Positions 26,265-38,858 of a stretch of DNA of 64,000 bases are shown piece after piece (positions within the stretch are counted from its first letter, which is position 1; every line of letters starts with the position of its first letter). The notes under the pieces were generated by a model. That model was not told the origin of the DNA. It saw nothing but the letters and a program-made list of their open reading frames with translations, and did no database searches. The position numbers were made by a program, and so were the translations under genes. This DNA is from Pristiophorus japonicus (lineage: Eukaryota), in contig NC_091995.1 of assembly GCF_044704955.1 (NCBI RefSeq), forward strand, positions 20,150,001 through 20,214,000. Direction: 5' to 3'.

Positions 26265-29200
26265 AGAAGCGATAGTGATAGGGGATTCAATTGTAAGGGG
26301 AATAGATAGGCGTTTCTGCGGCCGCAACCGAGACTCCAGGGTGGTATGTTGCCTCCCTGGTGCAAGGTTCAAGGATGTCTCAGAGCGGGTGCAGGCCATT
26401 CTGAAAATGGAGGGTGAACAGCCAGTTGTCGTGGTGCACATTGGTACCAACGATATAGGTAAAAAATGGGATGAGGTCTTACGAGACAAGTTTAAGGAGC
26501 TAGGAGCTAAAGTTAAAAAGTAGGACCTCAAAAGTAGTAATCTCAGGATTGCTACCAGTGCCACGTGCTCGAGTAGGAATCGCAGGATAGCTCAGGTGAA
26601 TACGTGGCTTGAGCAGTGGTGCAGCAGGGAGGGATTCAAATTCCTGGAGCATTGGAACCGGTTCTGGGGGAGGTGGGACCAGTACAAACCGGACGGTCTG
26701 CACCGAGGCAGGACCAGAACCAATGTCCGAGGAAAAGTGTTTGCCAGTGCTGTTGGGGAGGAGTTAAACTAATATGGCAGGGGGGTGGGAACCAATGCAG
26801 GGAGACAGAGGGAAACAAAATGGAGACAGAAGCAAAAGACAGAACGGAGATCAGTAAAAGTGGAGGGCAGAGAAACCCAAGGCAAAAAACAAAAAGGGCC
26901 ACTGTACAGCAAAATTCTAAAGGGTCAAAGTGTAATAAAAAGGAAAGCCTGAAAGCTCGGTGCCTCAATGCGAGGAGTATTCGGAACCCAGGAGAGGGCT
27001 CTGAGCTAGTTAGAGTGGGTGAGAGCTCAGATGAACAGGACCCCAAGAAAGAATGCAAAAGGCAGGAGGCAACAGAGCAGAGTAGCACTGGGGTAAGTGT
27101 AAACCACAAGGAAGGGACAAGATGTATGAATATAAAGGGGCTGCAGGAGGGGTCAAAACTAAAAATCATGGTTTAAAAACTAGTAATAAATGAAGGCTTT
27201 GTGTCTTAATGCAAGGAGTATCCGCAATAAGGTGGATGAATTAATTGTGCAAATAGATGTTAATAAATATGATGTGATTGGGATTACGGAGACGTGGCTC
27301 CAGGATGATCAGGGCTGGGAACTCAACATTCAGGGGTATTCAACATTCAGGAAGGATAGAATAAAAGGAAAAGGAGGTGGGGTAGCATTGTTGGTTAAAG
27401 AGGAGATTAATGCAATAGTTAGGAAAGACATTAGCTTGGATGATGTGGAATCTATATGGGTAGAGCTGCAGAACACCAAAGGGCAAAAAACGTTAGTAGG
27501 AGTTGTGTACAGACCTCCAAACAGTAGTAGTGATGTTGGGGAGGGCATCAAACAGGAAATTAGGGGTGCATGCAATAAAGGTGCAGCAGTTATAATGGGT
27601 GACTTTAATATGCACATAGATTGGGCTAACCAAACTGGAAGCAATACGGTGGAGGAGGATTTCCTGGAGTGCATAAGGGATGGTTTTCTAGACCAATATG
27701 TTGAGGAACCAACTAGGGGGGAGGCCATCTTAGACTGGGTGTTGTGTAATGAGAGAGGATTAATTAGCAATCTCATTGTGCGAGGCCCCTTGGGGAAGAG
27801 TGACCATAATATGGTGGAATTCTGCATTAGGATGGAGAATGAAACAGTTAATTCAGAGACCATGGTCCAGAACTTAAAGAAGGGTAACTTTGAAGGTATG
27901 AGGCGTGAATTGGCCAGGATAGATTGGCGAATGATACTTAGGGGGTTGACTGTGGATGGGCAATGGCAGACATTTAGAGACCGCATGGATGAATTACAAC
28001 AATTGTACATTCCTGTCTGGCGTAAAAATAAAAAAGGGAAGGTGGCTCAACCGTGGCTATCTAGGGAAATCAGGGATAGTATTAAAGCCAAGGAAGTGGC
28101 ATACAAATTGGCCAGAAATAGCAGCGAACCTGGGGACTGGGAGAAATTTAGAACTCAGCAGAGGAGGACAAAGGGTTTGATTAGGGCAGGGAAAATGGAG
28201 TACGAGAAGAAGCTTGCAGGGAACATTAAGGTGGATTGCAAAAGTTTCTATAGGTATGTAAAGAGAAAAAGGTTAGTAAAGACAAACGTAGGTCCCCTGC
28301 AGTCAGAATCAGGGGAAGTCATAACGGGGAACAAAGAAATGGCAGACCAATTGAACAAGTACTTTGGTTCGGTATTCACTAAGGAGGATACAAACAACCT
28401 TCCAGATATAAAAGGGGTCAGAGGGTCTAGTAAGGAGGGGGAACTGAGGGAAATCTTTATTAGTCGGGAAATTGTGTTGGGGAAATTGATGGGATTGAAG
28501 GCCGATAAATCCCCAGGGCCTGATGGACTGCATCCCAGAGTACTTAAGGAGGTGGCCTTGGAAATAGCGGATGCATTGACAGTCATTTTCCAACATTCCA
28601 TTGACTCTGGATCAGTTCCTATGGAGTGGAGGGTAGCCAATGTAACCCCACTTTTTAAAAAAGGAGGGAGAGAGAAAACAGGGAATTATAGACCGGTCAG
28701 CCTGACCTCAGTAGTGGGTAAAATGATGGAATCAATTATTAAGGATGTCATAGCAGTGCATCTGGAAAATGGTGACATGATAGGTCCAAGTCAGCATGGA
28801 TTTGTGAAAGGGAAATCATGCTTGACAAATCTTCTGGAATTTTTTGAGGATGTTTCCAGTAAAGTGGACAAAGGAGAACCAGTTGATGTGGTATATTTGG
28901 ACTTTCAGAAGGCTTTCGACAAGGTCCCACACAAGAGATTAATGTGCAAAGTTAAAGCACATGGGATTGGGGGTAGTGTGCTGACGTGGATTGAGAACTG
29001 GTTGTCAGACAGGAAGCAAAGAGTAGGAGTAAACGGGTACTTTTCAGAATGGCAGGCAGTGACTAGTGGGGTGCCGCAAGGTTGTGTGCTGGGGCCCCAG
29101 CTGTTTACATTGTACATTAATGATTTAGACGAGGGGATTAAATGCAGTATCTCCAAATTTGCGGATGACACTAAGTTGGGTGGCAGTGTGAGCTGCAAGG

Positions 29201-32200
29201 AGGATGCTATTAGGCTGCAGAGTGACTTGGATAGGTTAGGTGAATGGGCAAATGCATGGCAGATGAAGTATAATGTGGATAAATGTGAGGTTATCCACTT
29301 TGGTGGTAAAAACAGAGAGACAGACTATTATCTGAATGGTGACAGATTAGGAAAAGGGGAGGTGCAACGAGACCTGGGTGTCATGGTACATCAGTCATTG
29401 AAGGTTGGCATGCAGGTACAGCAGGCGGTTAAGAAAGCAAATGGCATGTTGGCCTTCATAGCGAGGGGATTTGAATACAGGGGCAGGGAGGTGTTGCTAC
29501 AGTTGTACAGGGCCTTGGTGAGGCCACACCTGGAGTATTGTGTACAGTTTTGGTCTCCTAACTTGAGGAAGGACATTCTTGCTATTGAGGGAGTGCAGCG
29601 AAGATTCACCAGACTGATTCCCGGGATGGCGGGACTGACCTATCAAGAAAGACTGGATCAACTGGGCTTGTATTCACTGGAGTTCAGAAGAATGAGAGGG
29701 GACCTCATAGAAACGTTTAAAATTCTGACGGGTTTAGACAGGTTAGATGCAGGAAGAATGTTCCCAATGTTGGGGAAGTCCAGAACCAGGGGTCACAGTC
29801 TGAGGATAAGGGGTAAGCCATTTAGGACCGAGATGAGGAGAAACTTCTTCACCCAGAGAGTGGTGAACCTGTGGAATTCTCTACCACAGAAAGTAGTTGA
29901 GGCCAATTCACTAAATATATTCAAAAGGGAGTTAGATGAAGTCCTTACTACTCGGGGGATCAAGGGTTATGGCGAGAAAGCAGGAAGGGGGTACTGAAGT
30001 TTCATGTTCAGCCATGAACTTATTGAATGTTGGTGCAGGCTAGAAGGGCTGAATGGCCTGCTCCTTCACCTATTTTCTATGTTTCTATGTTTCTACCTAA
30101 ACGCACACAGCATTCAAAATAAAGTAAATGAGTTGATGGCACAAATCATTACAAATGAGTATGATTTGGTGGCCATTACAGAAACGTGGTTGCAGGGTGG
30201 CCAAGACTGGGAATTAAAGATACAGGAGTATCTGACAATTCGGAAAGATAGACAAGAAGGGAAAGGAGGTGGGGTAGCTCTGTTAATAAAGGATGATATC
30301 AGGGCAGTTGTGAGAGACGATATTAGCTCTAATGAACAAAATGTTGAATCATAGTGGGTGGAGATTAGAGATAGTAAGGGGAAAAAGTCACTGGTGGGCA
30401 CAGTTTATAGGCCCCCAAATAATAACTTCACGGTGGGGCGGACAATAATCAAGGGAATAATGGAGGCATGTGAAAAAGGAACGGCAGTAATCATGGGGGA
30501 TTTTAACCTACATATCTATTGGTCAAACCAAATTGCACAGGGTAGCCTTGAGGAGGAATTCATAGAATGCATACAGGATTGTTTCTTAGAACAGTATGTA
30601 ACAGAACCTACAAGGGAGCAAGCTATCTTAGATCTGGTCCTGTGTAATGAGATGGGAATAATAAACGATCTCCTAGTAAAAGATCCTCTCAGAATGAGTG
30701 ATCACAGTATGGTTGAATTTGTAATACAGATTGAGGGTGAGGAAGTAGTGTCTCAACGAGCATACTATGCTTAAACAAAGGGGACTACAGTGGGATGAGG
30801 GCAGAGTTGGCTAAAGTAGACTGGAAACACAGACTAAACGGTGGCACAATTGAGGAACAGTGGAGGACTTTTAAGGAGCTCTTTCATAGTGTTCAACAAA
30901 AATATATTCCAGTGAAAAAGAAGGGCGGTAAGAGAGGGGATAACCAGCCGTGGATAACCAAGGAAATAAAGGAGAGTATCAAATTAAAAACCAATGCATA
31001 TAAGATGGCCAAGGTTAGTGGGAAACTAGAAGATTGGGAAAATTTTAAACGACAGCAAAGAATGACTAAGAAAGCAAAAAGGAAAGGAAAGATAGATTAC
31101 GAAAGTAAACTTGTGCAAAACATAAAAACAGATCGTAAAAGCTTTTACAGATATATAAAACGGAACAGAGTGACTAAAGTAAATGTTGGTTCCTTAGAAG
31201 ATGAGAAGGGGGATTTAATAATGGGAAACGTGGAAATGGCTGAGACCTTAAACAATTATTTTGCTTCCGTCTTCACAGTGGAAGACACAAAAACCATGCC
31301 AAAAATTGCTGGTCACGGGAATGTGGGAAGGGAGGACCTTGAGCTAATCACGATCGCTAGGGGGGTAGTGCTGGATAGGCTAATGGGACTCAAGGTAGAC
31401 AAGTCCCCTGGTCCTGATGAAATGCATCCCAGGGTATTAAAAGAGATGGCGGAAGTTATAGCAGATGCATTCGTGATAATCTACCAAAATTCTCTGGACT
31501 CTGGGGAGGTACCAGCGGATTGGAAAGCCTCTGTTTAAAAAAGGGGGCAGACAAAAGGCAGGTAACGATAGGCCGGTTAATTTAACATCTGTAGTGGGGA
31601 AAATGCTTGAAGCTATCATTAAGGAAGAAATAGCGGGACATCGAGATAGGAATAGTGCAATCAAGCAGACGCAACATGGATTCATGAAGGGGAAATCATG
31701 TTTAACTAATTTACTAGAAGTCTTTGAGGATATAACGAGCATGGTGGATAGAGGTGTACCAATGGATGTGGTGTATTTAGATTTCCAAAAGGCATTAGAT
31801 AAGGTGCCACACAAAAGGATACTGCAGAAGATAAAGGTACGCGGAGTCAGAGGAAATGTATTAGCATGGATAGAGAATTGGCTGGCTAACAGAAAGCAGA
31901 GAGTCGGGATAAATGGGTGTTTTTTGGGTTGGAAATCGGTGGTTAGTGGTGTGCCACAGGGATCGGTGCTGGGACCACAACTGTTTACAATATACATAGA
32001 TGACCTGGAAGAGGGGACAGAGTGTAGTGTAACAAAATTTGAAGATGGCACAAAGATTCGTGGGAAAGCGGGTTGTGTAGAGGACACAGAGAGGCTGCAA
32101 AGAGGTTTAGATAGGTTAAGCGAATGGGCTAAGGTTTGGCAGATGGAATACAATGTCGGAAAATGTGAGGTCATCCACCTTGGAAAAAAAATAGTAAAAG

Positions 32201-32970
32201 GGAATATTATTTGAATGGGGAGAAATTACAACATGCTGTGGTGCAGAGGGACCTGGGGGTCCTTGTGCATGAATCCCAAAAGGTTAGTTTGCAGGTGCAG
32301 CAGGTAATCAGGAAGGCGAATGGAATGTTGGCCTTCATTGCGAGAGGGATGGAGTACAAAAGCAGGAAGGTCCTTCTGCAACTGTATAGGGTATTGGTGA
32401 GGCCGCACCTGGAGTACTGCATGCAGTTTTGGTCACCTTACTTAAGGAAGGATGTACTAGCTTTGGACGGGGTACAGAGACGATTCACTAGGCTGATTCC
32501 AGAGATGAGGGGGTTACCTTATGATGATAGATTGAGTAGACTGGGTCTTTACTCGTTGGAGTTCAGAAGGATGAGGGGTGATCTTACAGAAACTTTTAAA
32601 ATAATGAAAGGGATAGACAAGATAGAGGCAGAGAGGTTGTTTCCACTGGTCGGGGAGACTAGAACTAGGGGGCACAGCCTCAAAATACGGGGGAGCCAAT
32701 TTAAAACCGAGTTGAGAAGGAATTTCTTCTCCCAGAGGGTTGTAAATCTGTGGAATTCTCTGCCCAAGGAAGCAGTTGAGTCTAGCTTATTGAATGTATT
32801 CAAATCACAGATAGATAGATTTTTAACCAATAAGGAAATTAAGGGTTACGGGGAGCGGGCGGGTAAGTGGAGCTGAGTCCACGGCCAGGTCAGCCATGAT
32901 CTTGTTGAATGGCGGAGCAGGCTCGAGGGGCTAGATGGCCTACTCCTGTTCCTAATTCTTATGTTCTTAT
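26265..32970 (+). mobile_element. Outer CR1 (ORF1 SGNH/esterase part plus decayed ORF2 at 30094-32876)
   Basis: IGDSIVRG...HIGTND in ORF1; EN and RT in several frames with stops; (TTCTTATG)n tail. Confidence 0.9.
27190..29997 (+). CDS. Intact CR1 ORF2 (APE endonuclease + reverse transcriptase, 935 aa) of a nested element ~27186-30093
   Basis: Uninterrupted ORF with ITETW, YRPP, GDFN, SDH, PQG and FADD motifs, followed by 3' UTR and (TTTCTATG)n tail. Confidence 0.95.
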   Translation: MKALCLNARSIRNKVDELIVQIDVNKYDVIGITETWLQDDQGWELNIQGYSTFRKDRIKGKGGGVALLVKEEINAIVRKDISLDDVESIWVELQNTKGQKTLVGVVYRPPNSSSDVGEGIKQEIRGACNKGAAVIMGDFNMHIDWANQTGSNTVEEDFLECIRDGFLDQYVEEPTRGEAILDWVLCNERGLISNLIVRGPLGKSDHNMVEFCIRMENETVNSETMVQNLKKGNFEGMRRELARIDWRMILRGLTVDGQWQTFRDRMDELQQLYIPVWRKNKKGKVAQPWLSREIRDSIKAKEVAYKLARNSSEPGDWEKFRTQQRRTKGLIRAGKMEYEKKLAGNIKVDCKSFYRYVKRKRLVKTNVGPLQSESGEVITGNKEMADQLNKYFGSVFTKEDTNNLPDIKGVRGSSKEGELREIFISREIVLGKLMGLKADKSPGPDGLHPRVLKEVALEIADALTVIFQHSIDSGSVPMEWRVANVTPLFKKGGREKTGNYRPVSLTSVVGKMMESIIKDVIAVHLENGDMIGPSQHGFVKGKSCLTNLLEFFEDVSSKVDKGEPVDVVYLDFQKAFDKVPHKRLMCKVKAHGIGGSVLTWIENWLSDRKQRVGVNGYFSEWQAVTSGVPQGCVLGPQLFTLYINDLDEGIKCSISKFADDTKLGGSVSCKEDAIRLQSDLDRLGEWANAWQMKYNVDKCEVIHFGGKNRETDYYLNGDRLGKGEVQRDLGVMVHQSLKVGMQVQQAVKKANGMLAFIARGFEYRGREVLLQLYRALVRPHLEYCVQFWSPNLRKDILAIEGVQRRFTRLIPGMAGLTYQERLDQLGLYSLEFRRMRGDLIETFKILTGLDRLDAGRMFPMLGKSRTRGHSLRIRGKPFRTEMRRNFFTQRVVNLWNSLPQKVVEANSLNIFKRELDEVLTTRGIKGYGEKAGRGY

Positions 32971-34429
32971 GTATTAAAAAAATGAAACTGTACAAACGAT
33001 GGCAGCAGTTGGAAATGTAATCCGCGCGCTGGGCGCTCACCGTTCCATCGGTGCCCCTTCTCTGGGTCAGACGTTTGTTTATCCTGCAAACCTCGTGGGC
33101 TGTCGCCGCACACACACGCGCGCGATTGGACAGGTTTTTGTACGGCAGGGGAAGTTCGAGGATTGTGGGGAGCGGGCAGGAGCGGGCGGGAGAGGGGAGG
33201 GGAAGTGGAGGCCGCGATCCCATCGAGTGGCGGAGCGAGGCTGGAGGGGCAGTGCTTCTTGCTCCTGCCTCTCACGTTATTAATGTTGTATGGAGCCAGG
33301 AAACAGGCTCTGAAGGCGTAGAAATAATTGCTCTAATCTCAAATGTTTTGCAGGTGATGTGAATATGTCAGAAACTGATAATTATCCTGGATTTGTTAAA
33401 CTATTTAATTGCACCACCCTCCATACATTGATGTGCTTTTTATTACAGTTTATTGATTTAATGTGAGGTTTTGGGGGATGTGCCGTTATGTTGCTCCACA
33501 TGTTGGCCCAGATTTGAAGTTTGGAGCCACCTCTGGTCATATTTCAGGCCCGGGCAATCTGAAAGTGAGAGGTGGGCGGACTGGGCGGAGTCTTGCTGAA
33601 TTCCCGGGGAGGAGGGTACATCGGGTGGGGGGAAGAAGGCAGCCTCCTAACTGCTGGAAACACATTCTTGTGCTCAATTCTCACTGCAGCTGGTGGTGTC
33701 CGGGCACGGCCGTGCTACAGGAGCGCTTGGACAGACCTGGAACTATCGAATCCCTAAAGCCCCTCTCTTTATCCGTGCAGATGTTGGTCTGAGCAGCCAC
33801 CGTTATCCGTGCAGATGTTGGTGTGTGCTTCCTACAGCTGGTGACTGCCCCCATTAAACCCCGAATGACTGTATCCCCCTCTCTCCAATTGTGCAGGTCC
33901 CGGTGTGTGTCCCTTACAACCGGATCCACCACAATTATCTGCCAAGTGCATTGTGGAACAACCCACTCTGCATGGACCGAGCGAGACCCAGTGTGAGCGG
34001 ATGTTTGGGGCGGTTTTCTCCTTCGTTCTTAGCCGCAGGGCCATGGGTCTGTTCAGCTCAGGGGAGTCTCTCAATCTGATTTGAAATGCACAACAGTCCC
34101 AGAACAAACTCTCTCCCCCTCCCCACACCAGCTTCCCCCCCACCCCTCCCCCAACACCGGCTCATTCACCCGCTCCCCAACACAAGATCTCCCCCCAACA
34201 CAAGATCTCCCCCCAACATAAGATCTCCCCCCAACACAAAATCTCCCCCCCTCCCCCAACTCCAGCTCTCCCCCACCCCTCCCCCAACTCCAGCTCCACT
34301 CCCCCCAACTCCAGCTCCCTCTCGCCTCCCCTCTGCAACAACTCCCACTTTCCCCACTAACACAGGCCAATATATCCTTGCTGAGGTACGATGCACAACT
34401 ATTTTAAAAGCAACTTTCAATCAATGCCC

Positions 34430-34725
34430 CTCTTTTTTTTGAGGGCACCAAAAATCATAAATTAACAATTAAAGATTAAAGGGAACCTTTGTTGAATCAA
34501 ATCAAATTAAAATTCTGTTCCCTGTTGAAATGATGCACTCCAGTCCCTCCGGCGCCCACCTCTTGCAGAAGGCCGTGAGCGTACCGGTGGACACCGCGTG
34601 CTCCATCTCCAGGGACACCCTGGCTCGAATGTAACCACGGAAGAGAGGCCGGCAGTCGGGCTGAGCGACCCCCTCGACTGCCAGCTGCCTGGACCAGTTA
34701 ATGACCACCTTGGCCAGGCCCAGGA
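34430..34725 (-). mobile_element. Tx1-like non-LTR 3' end
   Basis: FRGYIRARVSLEMEHAV...RWAPEGL C-terminus followed by an A-rich tail. Confidence 0.6.
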
Positions 34726-35160
34726 GGTACGGTGCACAAGACTGAACGCAGCACTCCAGGTGGGGTCTGATCAAGGCTCTGTACTGAAGCACAACTTCTA
34801 ACCTTTGTATTCCAGCACCCTGAGATAAAGGACTACATTCCACTGATCTTTGTGATTGCTTTTTGTTGCTGTCTACTAGCTTTAAATGATGTGTACTTGG
34901 CCTCCCCAATCTCTTGCTCCTCTACAGTCCCGAGTTTCTCACCATTTAGAGACCCCTCGATTTAACTTTCTTGGGCCCAAAGTGGATAACCTCACACTTA
35001 CCCACATTGAATTCCAGTTGCCGTTGTTTTCCACAGCTCAGTGGGAAGGACCATTGAGAAACCAACCACTGACACCAGGCTGCACACTGACCCTCACCCC
35101 GAACATTCAACAATATTTTTAACACAACAATAACAGTGAACATTTAACAAAAAATTATTT

Positions 35161-37870
35161 TTAACAAGATCTACCAATATACAGCCCATGGACAGGGTGC
35201 CCCCTCCCGAGTAACGGGACCAATACGTCGTGCAGCAGGGGACCTAAGGGCCTGCTGCTGTGGTGTGGAGGGAGGGGGGGGGTCGGGAGGCGGGGGGGTG
35301 ATGTTGGCAGAAGCTCCTCAGTGGCTGGAGGAGAAGATGTTTCGGGAGAAACGTCAGAAGGAAGTTCTTCGTCCTGACTCGCATCTGTGCTGGTGGTTGT
35401 TGGGACGGCACCTTGGGGTGCAGTGCCATCTCCCGACACTATCACATACCACAAGGCATGGACGGTGTCAGTCGTTCGGCCCATTGCCACCACTATCCGC
35501 TCCATGCTCTCCGTTATTCGTGCAGACATTGTGGCAATGTTTCCGGTCAACCCACCAATCGCCTGGAGGAGCTCTCGACCGATGTTGATGCTCGCCCTTG
35601 ACAGTGCGACCATGTCCCCGTTAGGATCTGCCCGTCGCAGCGCGTGCCTACCTCGCCGACGCAACCTCCGTGGGGTCAGCGTGGGCACTGTACACCTTGG
35701 AGTGGCCTGCTGCAAGCCGCTTGGCCCCACTACTTCATCCGTCGATGAAGACATGGCCGCAGCTACAACAGATGACAATTGGTCATCTTCCTCCTCCTCC
35801 TCAGTAGTCTCCTCTGCACTCGCGGTGATGGCCCGCAGTGATGACCCACGGTCATGACCTGTGGTGATGACCTGTGGTGATGACCCGTGGTGATGACCTG
35901 TGGTGATGACCCGCGGTGATGACCCGCGGTGATGACCCGCGGTGATGTCCCATGGTGATGACCCATGGTGATGACCTGTGGTGATGACCCGCGGTGATGA
36001 CCCGCGGTGATGTCCCGTGGTGATGTCCCGCGGTGATGACTCGCGGTGATGACCCGCGGTGATGACCCATGGTGATGACCCGCGGTGATGACCCGTGGTG
36101 ATGACCCGCGGTGATGGCCGGTGAAGACAATGATGACCCACGGTGATGACCCGCGGTGATGACCCGCGGTGATGACCCGTGGTGATGCACAGGCATTCAT
36201 GGAGGGGCCTCCCTTTGCACCTCGGGAGTCTGGGGACCGACAAAACATAATTGAGGTTATTAGAACAGAAGGGTAGACATGAGAATGCTTGCTCTGTGCT
36301 GACATATGTAGGTGGAGCAACACTACTGCAATAAATGTGAACGAGAGACGTTACATATGATTACATCATAGGGTTGTACATCTATGGAATTCTCTGCCCC
36401 TGTGGAGGCTGGGTCATTGAATATATTTAAGGTGGAGATAGACACATTTTTCAGCGATAAGGGAGTAAAGGGTTATGGGGAGCGGGCAGGGAAATGGAGC
36501 TGAGTCCATGATCAGATCAGCCATGATCTTATTGAATGGTGGAGCAGGCTCGAGGGGCCAAATGGCCGACTCCTGCTCCTATTTCTTCTGTTCTTATGTT
36601 GTGAACCTGAGAGTAGTACAGAAGCTGCATGCAGAACATGCCATCATTCATATATTATAATGAAATGCCGTTACAGGACTTTGAATTACCACTGGTTTAC
36701 CGCTGCTTTACACATTACTCACGTGGTACAACAGGATCTGCACCACCACGGGTGGCAGAGCGACTGTGGCTGCCCACTCGTGCTGCAGCACGTTCCTCCA
36801 AGTCCGTCAGGGTGTTTATTTCTGCAGGGCCTCCTCCGGTGCGCCTCTGCTCCAATTGATTTTTGAAATCTTCCTCTGCAAACGTGACAAGAGCATGGCA
36901 TAAACTAACTGACTAGGTCCTATTACAGAAAGACAAAAGATTCTAACATTATATGCTAATACGGTTTGTATTCACAATGGATGCATGGTTATAACATCTA
37001 CGTTTAGAGAAAATATTTAATAACATCGTGTTTAGTAACTAATGCTTGACACCAAACACCTCGCGTACCATCTCCAGGAAGGGCCCATCCACGGGCCGTG
37101 CCATTCGGCACCTGAGGGGAGGTAGGTGGTTTATTTCACTCGATGGAGGACCCCCGGGGGGTGGGGGGGAATCAGGACCGCTGGTGAGCTCGGCAATGAC
37201 AGGAGTGTAATGGGAGGGGGCACCGTGTCCATGGGCTGTGCTCGGAGACCTCCGTGTGACCGGAGCTAATGTCCCAAAGTGTCCCAGGGCAGACAGTGAG
37301 CCAGGACAGCTCTCCCCCAGTCCAGGCTGGGTCACTGTGTAAGTGACAGCAGCCGGAGAGACTGACACAGTCTGGGTAAAGGTGACCAGACCCCTCAGTG
37401 CTCAGTCGTGCCCCATCCACCAACGTAACACAAAAGGAGACGGTGCCAAAATTAGACTGAAAGGGCGCACGTTCTGACCCCAGTCCAAATCTTAGCAGGG
37501 AATCTACACCAGAAAACCCAGCTTCATTACAATCCGGCAGATTTACATATTCAGTGGATCATTACAATTTAAAATCTATTTAATACTTACTCTTGTGGAT
37601 ACAACCGGGCTGTTCCACCTCTTGTGGCACTGGTGCAATTCCCACCTATCGTGGGACACCGAGGACACCACATCGACCATCTTGCCCCATATCTTCTCAT
37701 ACGTCCGGGGTGGAGGTGTCCCACACCCACCCCGGGTTAATTGGCCCCACCACGTCTCCACTTCATTCACCAAAGCATCGTTTGCCTCATCAGAGAAGGG
37801 TTTAGCCCTCCTTCTCCCTGCAACTTCCTGCACTCTCTCCCCAGTCTTCGTGCCACATCTCCATCTCAAT
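35161..37870 (-). mobile_element. Decayed PIF/Harbinger Myb/SANT-like DNA-binding gene (about 3 exons)
   Basis: RRAKPFSDEANDALV...IW...QCHKRWN (37576-37869), then EQRRTGGGP...LTDLEERA (~36725-36875), then an acidic/coiled C-terminal part; transposase not seen. Confidence 0.7.
35820..36190. repeat. 13-bp minisatellite (GGTGATGACCCGC)n
   Basis: Directly visible. Confidence 0.95.
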
Positions 37871-38858
37871 TTTTGCTATTTTTCTCACGATAACTCTCTT
37901 TAACTTTACAAATCACAAATCCTTCAACCTCCTTCCTTCACACAAGCTCCTCTCCACCACAAACACTCTTTCTCCCTCCCTTTGTCTTCTGAGCATGGGC
38001 AGATGACCCCTGACCCCCCGAATCTTCTTTGCAAAAAAAATCGCTTGCTCAGAACAGCCGTTGCTATGGACACCAGCCTTACACGACTGAATACATCGCT
38101 AAGACCCATTCCACATCGCTAAGGCTATCGCCCAAAATAAAAAGCCAAAAGTAGCGGTCAAAAAAATGGGCGATATTCCAGCGATCCTGAAAAATACAAA
38201 ATCACTCAGGCCGGAAACATTGTCAATTTTTTGGGTGATAAAAATCTTAGTGGAATGTCTAGCCCATAGAAAGATAGAAATTTACAGCGCAGAAGGAGGC
38301 CATTTCGGCCCATCGTGTCCCTGCCGGCCGACAAAGAGTCACATGGCCCTCGGTCAGCAGCCCTGAAGGTTAAATATAAACCGATGAACAATGAACAATG
38401 GCGGAAAGGTAAAGAGCACCCAGCCCAACCAGTCCGCCCCACACAACTGTGACACCCCTTACACTGAAACATTCTACACTCCACCCCAACTGGAGCAGTG
38501 CGATCTCCTGGGAGAGGCAAAAAACAGATAAAAACCCAACCCAACTGGGGAAAAAAATCTGAGAAAATTCCTCTCTGACCCATCCAGGCGATCGAAACTA
38601 GTCCAGGAGATCACCTTGGCCGTATTCGATTCCCTGAAGTACTTACCATCGTATCTGTACCAGCCAACAAGAGGTTATCCAGTCCAATCCCACTTTCCAG
38701 TTCTAGGTCTGTAACCCTGCAGGTTACAGCACTTCAAGTGTTCATCCAAGCACTTTTTAAATGGAATCCAGCCGATTTTCCCCAGCCGGCCCCTCCCCCC
38801 ATCCACTTAGAGTGCAGAGGTCACTTGGAGTGCAGAGGTCACTTGGAGTGCAGAGGTC

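Larger units (their letters stand above)
25607..33279 (-). mobile_element. Composite insertion: RTE-derived non-autonomous retroelement with a GC-rich 5' extension, hosting nested CR1s
   Basis: TTAATGTYGT duplicated at 25597-25606 and 33280-33289, single at the empty paralogous site (~60705-60714). RTE tail at 25607-25650 and RTE 5'UTR homology (25715-25840 vs 48125-48250). Confidence 0.8.

Noticed and set aside
27330-29609. Antisense ORFs over CR1 ORF2
   Set aside because: Shadows of the LINE coding strand with no independent motifs
35763-36323. His-rich ORFs (GHHRGSS repeats)
   Set aside because: Products of the 13-bp minisatellite
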